Below are positions 17,372-24,533 of a DNA stretch of 33,119 bases, piece by piece. Origin of the DNA: Thermoplasmata archaeon (GTDB taxonomy: Archaea; Thermoplasmatota; SW-10-69-26; JACQPN01; JAJPHT01); contig JAXDQU010000013.1 of the NCBI GenBank assembly GCA_034667685.1, forward strand, positions 1 through 33,119. The letters are read 5' to 3'. The position numbers were made by a program, and so were the translations under genes. Under the pieces are notes generated by a model, which saw only the letters and a program-made list of their open reading frames with translations, did not search any database and was not told the DNA's origin. The number at the start of each line of letters is the position of its first letter. Position 1 is the stretch's first letter.

Positions 17372-17412
17372 TGGGGGAAAAAAATGGAAGAAGGTGGGCG
17401 CGCGCGGGCGCC
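17372..17412 (-). terminator. Pyrimidine/oligo-T terminator after rps15
   Basis: Minus strand short GC hairpin followed by ccttcttccaTTTTTTTccccc (A7 at 17378-17384 on +). Confidence 0.5.
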
Positions 17413-17422
17413 CGGGATCGTC

Positions 17423-17878
17423 TTACTCGACGACGAGCTGCGCGGTCTCGGCGGAGTAGCGCCAGTCGGCCGGGAGGCGGCCGATGCGGCGGTAGTAGTC
17501 CGCGAGGCGGCGGATGCGGGCCTCGATGAGCGTCAGGCCGCGGCCGTTGTGCAGGTCGCGGCGGTGCGTCGCGAGGTGGCCCTGCAGGTGCACGGCGCGC
17601 TTCATGAGGTTCTGGAGGTCCTCGGGGATCTGCGGCGCGACGCCGTTCTTCTCCAGGATCTCGCGCATCGTCATGCCGGTGGCCAGCTTGACGTCGGGGA
17701 CGCCGTGCTGGTCGCGCAGGACCAGGCCGATGTAGGCGCCGGTGCGGCCGTCGCGGGCGAGGGCGACGATCTTGTCGATGATCTCCTGCTTCTCGAGGGG
17801 CTGCCACTCGGGAGCCTCTTCGCGGGCGGGGGCGCGGGAGCGGCTGGAGCCGCGGCGCCGGGCGTGGACGCGTGCCAT
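17423..17878 (-). CDS. rps15: 30S ribosomal protein S15 (uS15, archaeal S15P/S13e)
   Basis: MARVHARRRGSSRS, IGLVLRDQHGVPDVK, IPEDLQNLMKRAV, EARIRRLADYY and LPADWRY; 151 aa. Confidence 0.97.
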   Translation of the reverse strand: MARVHARRRGSSRSRAPAREEAPEWQPLEKQEIIDKIVALARDGRTGAYIGLVLRDQHGVPDVKLATGMTMREILEKNGVAPQIPEDLQNLMKRAVHLQGHLATHRRDLHNGRGLTLIEARIRRLADYYRRIGRLPADWRYSAETAQLVVE

Positions 17879-17986
17879 GTTGGGTTCCTCAGGGTCCGAT
17901 CCCGGGATGTGCCCTGCCGGAAGGCGGGGACCTCGCGGGTCGCAACGCTGGCGAGGCAGGGCTCCCACATAAAGGCTCGCCCCCTC

Positions 17987-18293
17987 GCCTCAGCCTTAGC
18001 CCTAGCCTCAGCCTCAGCCTCAGCCTCGGCCCTCAGCCTCAGCCCTTAGCCTCAGCCTCCATCCTTCCAGCCACAGAGGAGCACAGAGGAACGAGAAAAA
18101 ATCCGCCTCTGTGACCTCTGTGTCCTCTGTGGCTGGAGGGACGGAGGCTGAGGCTAGGGCTAAGGCTGAGGCTAGGGCTAAGGCTGAGGCTGAGGCTGAG
18201 GCTAGGGCTGAGGCTGAGGCTGAGGCTGAGGCTGAGGCTGAGGCTGAGGCTGAGGCTGAGGCTGAGGCTGAGGCTGAGGCTGAGGCTGAGGCT
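17987..18293. repeat. Large nested palindrome: hexamer microsatellite arms around a CACAGAG/CTCTGTG core
   Basis: (GCCTCA)n-like left arm 17987-18060; core ccacagaggagcacagagg...cctctgtgacctctgtgtcctctgtgg; (GGCTGA)n right arm about 18145-18293. Confidence 0.9.
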
Positions 18294-18666
18294 ATGGGCT
18301 GAGCACCCGGTCGAGGATTGCCCGGATCGGCGGCAGCATCTCCCGCACGCGCATCGGCTTCTCCACGAACCCGTGCAGGGCGGGGTCGCGGCCCGCCTCG
18401 CCGAGCTGGTCGAGGGCGTAGCCGCTGAAGAGGACGCGCGCGGCGTCGGGGCGGCGGCGCTCGACCTCGCGCAGGACGTCGACGCCGTTCATCTCGGCCT
18501 TCAGGTTGAAGTCGGAGAGGACCGCGAGCGGGCCGGCGGGGATGGCGTCGAGCGCGGCGAGGGCGGCCTTGGGCGTCTGCGCGGTCTGCACGCTGCCCAG
18601 CTCCTCCAGGTGGGGGGCGAGGATCCGGAGCATCATCGGATCGTCATCGACCACGAGGAGGGTCAG
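18292..18666 (-). CDS. Single-domain response regulator (receiver)
   Basis: TLLVVDDDP, VLSDFNL, MNGVDVL, VLFSGY and FVEKP. Probable CTG start at 18666, because the first GTG (18654) would truncate beta1. Confidence 0.85.
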   Translation of the reverse strand: MTLLVVDDDPMMLRILAPHLEELGSVQTAQTPKAALAALDAIPAGPLAVLSDFNLKAEMNGVDVLREVERRRPDAARVLFSGYALDQLGEAGRDPALHGFVEKPMRVREMLPPIRAILDRVLSP

Positions 18667-18676
18667 CGCGATGATA

Positions 18677-19960
18677 TCACGCCCGCGGCGGGGCCAGCGT
18701 GAAGGAGAACGTCGCCCCGCGGTCCGGCTCGCCCTGCGCCCAGATGCGGCCGCCGTGGCGCTCCACGATGCGGCGGGCGGTGGCGAGGCCCAGGCCCGTG
18801 CCTTCGGCTTCGCGGGGCGCGAGGCGCTCGAAGGCCAGGAAGATGCGCGAGGCGGCGGCGGGCTCGAAGCCGATGCCGCGGTCCTCGATCCAGTAGACGA
18901 CCTCGCCCCCTTCGAGCCGCGCGCCCACGCGGATGCTCGTGACGGGCTTGCGGGCGCTGTACTTCCAGGCGTTGGAGATCAGGTTGTCGAGGAGCATCCG
19001 CAGGAGCGTGGGGTCCGCGTCGACGTACAGGTTGTCCTGCACGTGCAGGTCGGTCTTGCGTCCCGGCTCGCGGCTCTCCAGCTCGTGGAAGAGGCTGCGC
19101 GCGAGGCTCGTCATGTCGACCATCTCGCGCTTGAGCGTGCCCTGCGTGGTGCGCGCGAACTTGAGCAGGTCCTCCACGAGGCTCGCCATCTTCTGGCTGC
19201 TCTGCTCGATCGCGGCGAGGCTCTGCTGGCCGCGCGGCGAGAGCGTCCGGGACTCGGTGGCGACGATGTCCTCCGAGAGCGAGAGGATCGCGCGGAGGGG
19301 GGCGCGCAGGTCGTGCGCGGCGGTGAAGCTGAACGCCTCCAGCTCGCGGTTCTTGGTGGCGAGCTCGCGGTGGCGGTCGCGCACCTTGGCCTCCAGGTCG
19401 GCCGCGCGCCGCTCGCTCTCCTCGCGCAGGCTCCGCTCGCGCTGGAGCAGGCGCACGTTCTCGACGGCGAGCGCGGCGAGGTGCGCGGCCATCTGGAGCG
19501 TCGCGACGTTGTCGGGGCTGAACGCGCGCGGCTTGGTGCTCTGGATCTCCATCCCGCCCAGCACGCGCCCCTGGACGACCATCGGCACGACGATGCTGCT
19601 CTGGGGGAGCGTCGGGTCGCGCTCCAGGCCGACGTTCACGCGCGGCTTGCCGGCCATGGCCTCCTGGAAGTCCTGCGTGAGGATCGTCTCGCCCGTCTCC
19701 ACGGCGCGCGAGTGGGGCGAGCCGGTGTTGGGCATGGGCGGGAAGGTGCTCGCGTCGAGCTCGTCGCCCTCGCTGTAGGCGTACTCGCACGTGCGCAGCT
19801 GCGTCCCGGCGTCGTAGCTCGACACGAACATGCCGCTCATGGGCGTCTGCGACTCGACGAAGCGGCGAAGGCGCGCGTAGAGCGCGGGGAGCTCGCGCGC
19901 GGCGCCCAGGTCGAGGGCCAGTTGCGCCAGGTCCGCATGAGCGGCGGTGCCCGTCTCCAT
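18677..19960 (-). CDS. Soluble GAF-domain sensor histidine kinase
   Basis: GAF (SSIVVPMVVQGRVLGGMEIQS), H-box AAHDLRAPLR, N-box NLISNAWKYS, DRGIGF and GTGLGLA. Confidence 0.93.
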   Translation of the reverse strand: METGTAAHADLAQLALDLGAARELPALYARLRRFVESQTPMSGMFVSSYDAGTQLRTCEYAYSEGDELDASTFPPMPNTGSPHSRAVETGETILTQDFQEAMAGKPRVNVGLERDPTLPQSSIVVPMVVQGRVLGGMEIQSTKPRAFSPDNVATLQMAAHLAALAVENVRLLQRERSLREESERRAADLEAKVRDRHRELATKNRELEAFSFTAAHDLRAPLRAILSLSEDIVATESRTLSPRGQQSLAAIEQSSQKMASLVEDLLKFARTTQGTLKREMVDMTSLARSLFHELESREPGRKTDLHVQDNLYVDADPTLLRMLLDNLISNAWKYSARKPVTSIRVGARLEGGEVVYWIEDRGIGFEPAAASRIFLAFERLAPREAEGTGLGLATARRIVERHGGRIWAQGEPDRGATFSFTLAPPRA

Positions 19961-19969
19961 CGCCCGCCT

Positions 19970-21337
19970 CTATCCGCCTGCGAGGCTTGAGGCCATCGCC
20001 TGGCTGAGCGCTGCGTTGGCGTCGAGGAGCGGGGCGTCGGGCGCGCGCTGCCCGGTCGTCTCCAGGATGCGCGTCGCCTCCGCCGCGCTGAGCGCGGGGT
20101 TGGCACCTCGCACGAGCGCGGCCACGCCCGCCGCGTAGGCCGCCGCCTGGCTCGTGCCGCTGCCGAAGGCGTACGCGCCGCCGGGGAACGTGCCCAGGAC
20201 GTCGACGCCGGGCGCGCTGACCTCCGCGCCGGGGCCACGCGCGCTGAAGGGGGCGAGCGCCAGGTTCCCGTCAATCGCCTCGACGCCCACGACGCGCGCG
20301 TCGGCCGCCGGGTACGCCACCGCGCCCCCGCCGTTGCCCGCGCTCGCGACCATGAGGACGTCATGATCGTAGGCGTACTGGAGCGCGCGGTCGAGCGTGG
20401 GGCCCGTGTCCGTGATCGAGAGCGCCATGAGCGCGACCTTCGCGCCGTGGCTCGCGCACCAGACGAGGCCGAAGGCGAGGTCGCTCTCGTTGCCCTGCCC
20501 CGTGCGGTCGAGGACCTTGGCGGACATGAATCGCGCGTTGCCCACGCCGGGGACGCCCAGCGCGTTCTGGGTGGCGGCGGCCGCGATGCCCGCGACGTGC
20601 GTGCCGTGGCCCGCGTCGTCGTAGGCCGAGGCGGCGGGGTCCTGCGCGTTCCAGCCGTGCTCGCCCAGCGCGCCAGTCCAGGCGTTGGCCGCGAGGTCGG
20701 GGTGGTCCCACGCGACGCCCGAGTCGAGCACGCAGAGCGCCGCGCCGCCCGTGCCGTGGGTCGTCGGCCACGTGGCGGGCGCGTGGATGGCCCAGCTTCC
20801 CCACGCCCACACGAGACCGGGGTCGCTCGTCGTCGCGTCGTAGCGGTACTTCGAGCCGCCCGCCGAGTTGTAGAGCTTGACCGCCCACTGCTGCGCCTGC
20901 TGCTGCGCGGGCGAGGCGTCGGCGACGTTCCACTGCGCTCCGTTCCATTGCGCGCCGTTCCACTGGGCGCCGTTCCACTGCGCGCCATTCCACTGGGCTC
21001 CGTTCCATTGCGCGCCGTTCCACTGCGCGCCGTTGGCGAGCATCGTTCCCTCGGAGGTGGGCTTGTCGCTCTCCACGTATTGCACGTAGGGCGAGACGGC
21101 CATCGCCTGGAGGAAGAGGGCGGGCTGGTCGGTCGTCGCGACGCTGAAGCCCAGCTCGGCGCTGCTGCGCTTGACGCTCCCGCCGGCCGCCTGGATGGCA
21201 AGCTGCGCTTCCCGCGCGTGCGCCGGATCGTATCCGACGAGGTACGTCGCGGGCGGGGCCGCGGCGCCCCACGTGCTTCCGGAGAGCAGGCTGGCACCCA
21301 GCGAGAGAAGGACGAGCGAAGGCAGGATCCGGAGCAT
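19970..21337 (-). CDS. Secreted S8 subtilase with an (NGAQW)7 insert
   Basis: ATG 21337 with signal peptide, propeptide ending VQYVESD, then LDSG, GHGTHVAG, ASAGN and SGTSQAA. Confidence 0.9.
   Translation of the reverse strand: MLRILPSLVLLSLGASLLSGSTWGAAAPPATYLVGYDPAHAREAQLAIQAAGGSVKRSSAELGFSVATTDQPALFLQAMAVSPYVQYVESDKPTSEGTMLANGAQWNGAQWNGAQWNGAQWNGAQWNGAQWNGAQWNVADASPAQQQAQQWAVKLYNSAGGSKYRYDATTSDPGLVWAWGSWAIHAPATWPTTHGTGGAALCVLDSGVAWDHPDLAANAWTGALGEHGWNAQDPAASAYDDAGHGTHVAGIAAAATQNALGVPGVGNARFMSAKVLDRTGQGNESDLAFGLVWCASHGAKVALMALSITDTGPTLDRALQYAYDHDVLMVASAGNGGGAVAYPAADARVVGVEAIDGNLALAPFSARGPGAEVSAPGVDVLGTFPGGAYAFGSGTSQAAAYAAGVAALVRGANPALSAAEATRILETTGQRAPDAPLLDANAALSQAMASSLAGG
20928..21032 (-). 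repeat. 7 x 15-bp coding tandem repeat (NGAQW)
   Basis: Seven units of ttcca(c/t)tg(c/g)gc(g/t)cc(g/a) that vary only at synonymous sites. Confidence 0.95.
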
Positions 21338-21441
21338 GGTTCCGCGCGCGAGTGGCCCGCCCAGACGATAAGCGCATCGCGTCGGCGATCGTTCTGGAAG
21401 CACGCGACAAGCATATCGTCGGCGCGCGACACGCACCACTC

Positions 21442-21810
21442 GTGCGTAGACGGACGATCCTTCTCGCCGACGACGAGCCCGCGATCCTGGCGAGCACGCG
21501 CCTGATGCTCGAGAGCGCTGGCTTCCGCGTGGTGGCGACCAGCGAGGCGGAGCGCATCCCCGAGCTGGCCCGCGAGCACCTCCCCGACGTGCTCCTCCAG
21601 GACGTGCGCATGCCGGGCCTCGACGTGCACCGGCTCATCGAGCAGATCCGCGCCGACCCGGCCACGAGCGACATCCCGGTGCTGCTCTTCTCCGCGGGCA
21701 TGGACCTCGACGAGGTCGCCAGCCGCGTGGGCGCCAACGGCGTCCTGGAGAAGCCCTTCGCGCCCCACCAGCTCATCGCGGCGATCGGCGGCGCGCCAGC
21801 AGAAGCATGA
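21442..21810 (+). CDS. Single-domain response regulator (CheY-like)
   Basis: GTG 21442; ILLADDEP, PDVLLQDVRMPG, IPVLLFSA and LEKPF. Confidence 0.9.
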   Translation: MRRRTILLADDEPAILASTRLMLESAGFRVVATSEAERIPELAREHLPDVLLQDVRMPGLDVHRLIEQIRADPATSDIPVLLFSAGMDLDEVASRVGANGVLEKPFAPHQLIAAIGGAPAEA

Positions 21811-22807
21811 GCGCGTCCTCGCCCGGCTCCAGCGCCTCGCCGGCGAGATAGCATTCCACGACCGCGGGATGGACGTACGACTTCCGGCAGACGGCGGGCG
21901 TGTTCCCGAGCCGCGCCGCGACCCGCTTGATGGCCGCCACGACGCGGCGCTTGCCCTCGGCCTGCGACCCGAAGGGCCCCGCCTCGGCCAAGGCCTCCAG
22001 CGCGAGGACGGTGCCGCCCCAGGTGCGGAAGTCCTTCGCCGTGAAGCCGTCGCCCGCGGCCTCGCGCAGGTAGGCGTTGACGTCCTCGCTCTTGACGTCG
22101 CGCACGCCGCCCGCCTCGTCCTGATAGCAGAACAGCTCCTCGCCGGGCAGCCCCTGGCAGCGGCGGACCAGGCGGGCGATGCGCGGGTCGTCCACCTCGA
22201 CCTCGTGCTCCACGCCCGCCTTGCCGCGGAAGCGCAGCCGCACGCGCGCGCCGCGGACCTCGGCGTGGTCGTTGAGGATGGTCGTGAGGCCGTAGCTGCC
22301 GTTGGTCCGCGCGTACTCGTCGTTGCCCACCCGCGCGTGCGTCTCGTCGAGCAGGCGCACGACGCAGGCGAGCACCTTCTCGCGCGGGACGCCCGGCCGC
22401 GTCAGGTCCGACTCGACGCGCGCGCGGATCGCGGGCAGCGCCGCGCCGAAGGCGAGCAGCTTGCCGTACTTCGTCCCGTCGCGCGTCTCGCGCCAGCGCG
22501 GGTGATAGCGGTACTGCTTGCGCCCGCGCGCGTCCCGCCCCGTGGCCTGGAGGTGGCCCCGCTCGTCGGCGCAGATCCACACGTCGCGCCATGCGGGCGG
22601 GATCGCCAGGCGCCGGATGCGCGCGAGCGTCGCGGGATCGCGCACGAGCCGGCCCTGCGCGTCGTGATAGCAGAAGCCGCGGCCGGCCCGCCGGCGCGCG
22701 AGCCCCGGCTCGCCGTCGCTCGCGTGGCGCAGCCCCGCCTCGCGCGCGCTCAGGGCGGGGTCGACCGCGGCGGGCGGGACGCAAGGCTGCGTCAGCGCGG
22801 CGGCCAT
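21773..22807 (-). CDS. DNA topoisomerase IB, short bacterial/poxvirus-like type
   Basis: LAIPPAWRDVWIC, GHLQATGRDARGRKQYRYH, RVGNDEY, FRGKAG, AKDFRTWGGT and LGNTPAVCRKSYVHP. Confidence 0.93.
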   Translation of the reverse strand: MAAALTQPCVPPAAVDPALSAREAGLRHASDGEPGLARRRAGRGFCYHDAQGRLVRDPATLARIRRLAIPPAWRDVWICADERGHLQATGRDARGRKQYRYHPRWRETRDGTKYGKLLAFGAALPAIRARVESDLTRPGVPREKVLACVVRLLDETHARVGNDEYARTNGSYGLTTILNDHAEVRGARVRLRFRGKAGVEHEVEVDDPRIARLVRRCQGLPGEELFCYQDEAGGVRDVKSEDVNAYLREAAGDGFTAKDFRTWGGTVLALEALAEAGPFGSQAEGKRRVVAAIKRVAARLGNTPAVCRKSYVHPAVVECYLAGEALEPGEDALMLLLARRRSPR

Positions 22808-22874
22808 GCCCGAGCGGCTGGCGTCTCGTCGGGTTGTCGCTTCTGGCCGGCTCGCCGATGCGCCTCACGCGCGG

Positions 22875-22906
22875 CGCGCCGTCGCGGTCCCGGCCCACGC
22901 CTCGCG
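22875..22906 (-). repeat. Duplicated 3' end of RaSEA (32-bp perfect copy of 23443-23474)
   Basis: cgcgccgtcgcggtcccggcccacgcctcgcg occurs at both sites. The downstream copy reads REAWAGTATARRA* with its stop at 22865-22867. Confidence 0.9.
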
Positions 22907-22914
22907 GAAGCGGA

Positions 22915-23343
22915 CTAGATCGCCAGGAGCGTGTAGTCCGTGCGGGAATCGATGGAAGCGTAGTAGTGGACCTGAATCCGGACGTCGCCTCCGTCAAAGC
23001 AGGTGTCGGGCGCGACGGAGCCCGCGGTGCTGGCGCAGATGACGACGGAGCACGACGAGTCCCAGATGAAGAGATCGGCGTCGGCGAGGTTCGTCTGGAC
23101 GCGGACCGTGCCGTCCCCTCCCACGGCAGGCTGGAGAACGTAACCCGCGAGGGAGCCTCCGAAGTTGTAGTACCAGTCGTCGGGCTGCCAGCCGACGGCA
23201 GGGTCGCCGACGGTCCCCGTTGCGACGCCCCCCGTGGGGATGGGCACGGCGCTGAAGCAGGAGGCGCCACCGGGGGATGCGATGGCGGATGGCAGGAGCA
23301 TGAAGGCGACTCCAAGGAGCATAACAACCATTTGTCGGTGCAT
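22915..23343 (-). CDS. Secreted protein, PPC-like (pre-peptidase C-terminal) beta-sandwich
   Basis: Signal MHRQMVVMLLGVAFMLLPSAIA. Motifs DDWY, ADADLFIWD, RIQVHYY and DYTL; 4 Cys; less GC-biased codons. Confidence 0.7.
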   Translation of the reverse strand: MHRQMVVMLLGVAFMLLPSAIASPGGASCFSAVPIPTGGVATGTVGDPAVGWQPDDWYYNFGGSLAGYVLQPAVGGDGTVRVQTNLADADLFIWDSSCSVVICASTAGSVAPDTCFDGGDVRIQVHYYASIDSRTDYTLLAI

Positions 23344-23432
23344 GGTAACCACCCTGACGTCCAAGGAGCGGACGCCTCGGCGGGATTGCCCTGCCCAGGA
23401 ATACGTTTTCCGGAGGAATCGCGTGAAACGTC

Positions 23433-24533
23433 CTACCTGCTTCGCGCCGTCGCGGTCCCGGCCCACGCCTCGCGCGCGTCGGGGCACGCGCCCTGGAAGA
23501 GGGGCTCGAAGAGGAGCTGGTCCTTCCAGTCCTGCTTGCATTCGCAGGCAAGGCTCTGGAAGACGCGCTTGTCCTGGCTGACGTTGAACGCCTGGATCGC
23601 GGCCAGCACGTGCTCGTCGCACTTGCCGCAGTTGTGCGCGCCGCGCGGCTTGCCGCCGGCCACCGGGTCGCTCTTCATGATCGCGGAGGGGCACGCCTCC
23701 TTGCCGGCGAGGAGGATCTCGACGACGCTCCAGAGCCAAGGCGTGCGGTACTGGCCGCGCTTCCAGAGCTTCTCGACGAGCGTGTGGCTCTGGATGTTCA
23801 TGGGGTTGAACGAAACGGTGCTCGCGTGGGGCCCCGCGAGGCGCGCGGTCTCGACGCAGTCGCGGATCGCCTCCGCCTCCGTGAGGAAGGGGGGCTTGAC
23901 CATCGTGTAGCACTTCAGCGTCGCGCCCGACTCGGCGGCGGCGCGGCTCGCGGTCACGAAGTCCTCCAGGAAGAACTCCTTGTTGACGCTGTAACGCGCG
24001 ACGTCCTTGTTCGCGCTTTCGAGGCCGACGCCGATCTCCAGCTTGGCGCCCGCGTGCAGCCCGGCGCGGATGGCGGCGACGCGCTCGGGCAGGACGTCGG
24101 GCGCTTGGGCCTCGACGTTGAGCTTCTTGACGGTGGCGGGCACGAGCGCGGCGATGCGGGCCTGCGCGTCCTCGGCGACCTCGTAGGGGTCGAGGAAGCT
24201 GCCCGAGGTGTAGATCTTCAGCACCGGCTCACCGTGATAGCTTTCGAGCGCGCGCTCGAACTGGGTGACCAGCTCCGCGGGCTCGATCTTGCGGATGAAG
24301 GAGTCGTTGACGTAGCCGCAGAAGGTGCAGCCGCCGCCCAGCGCCCAGCGGCAGCCGCGCGTGCGCAGGATCACGACGAAGGCCGTGACGGCCTCGCCCT
24401 CGATGCGGTCGGGCTGCGTGAACGTGGTGGAGGGCTCGGTGGCGTCGCCGCTCTTGACGGTGAGGTGGCGCGCCTCGCGGCTGGCTTTCGCCAACGGCTG
24501 GTAGAACTTGACGCGGGTGAACTCGGCGCTCAT
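23433..24533 (-). CDS. Archaeosine biosynthesis radical SAM enzyme RaSEA
   Basis: ATG 24533 overlaps the arcS stop (ATGA). VILRTRGCRWALGGGCTFCGY (Cx6Cx2C), KIYTSGSFLD, GLESAN, KPPFLTE, PWLWS and RGAHNCGKCD. Confidence 0.93.
   Translation of the reverse strand: MSAEFTRVKFYQPLAKASREARHLTVKSGDATEPSTTFTQPDRIEGEAVTAFVVILRTRGCRWALGGGCTFCGYVNDSFIRKIEPAELVTQFERALESYHGEPVLKIYTSGSFLDPYEVAEDAQARIAALVPATVKKLNVEAQAPDVLPERVAAIRAGLHAGAKLEIGVGLESANKDVARYSVNKEFFLEDFVTASRAAAESGATLKCYTMVKPPFLTEAEAIRDCVETARLAGPHASTVSFNPMNIQSHTLVEKLWKRGQYRTPWLWSVVEILLAGKEACPSAIMKSDPVAGGKPRGAHNCGKCDEHVLAAIQAFNVSQDKRVFQSLACECKQDWKDQLLFEPLFQGACPDAREAWAGTATARSR

Noticed and set aside
18111-18302. ORF encoding poly-(AE)
   Set aside because: It is the translation of the GGCTGA microsatellite arm of a palindrome, with no other coding evidence.
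20928-21032. CRISPR-like array
   Set aside because: These are contiguous 15-bp coding repeats with no spacers and no cas genes.
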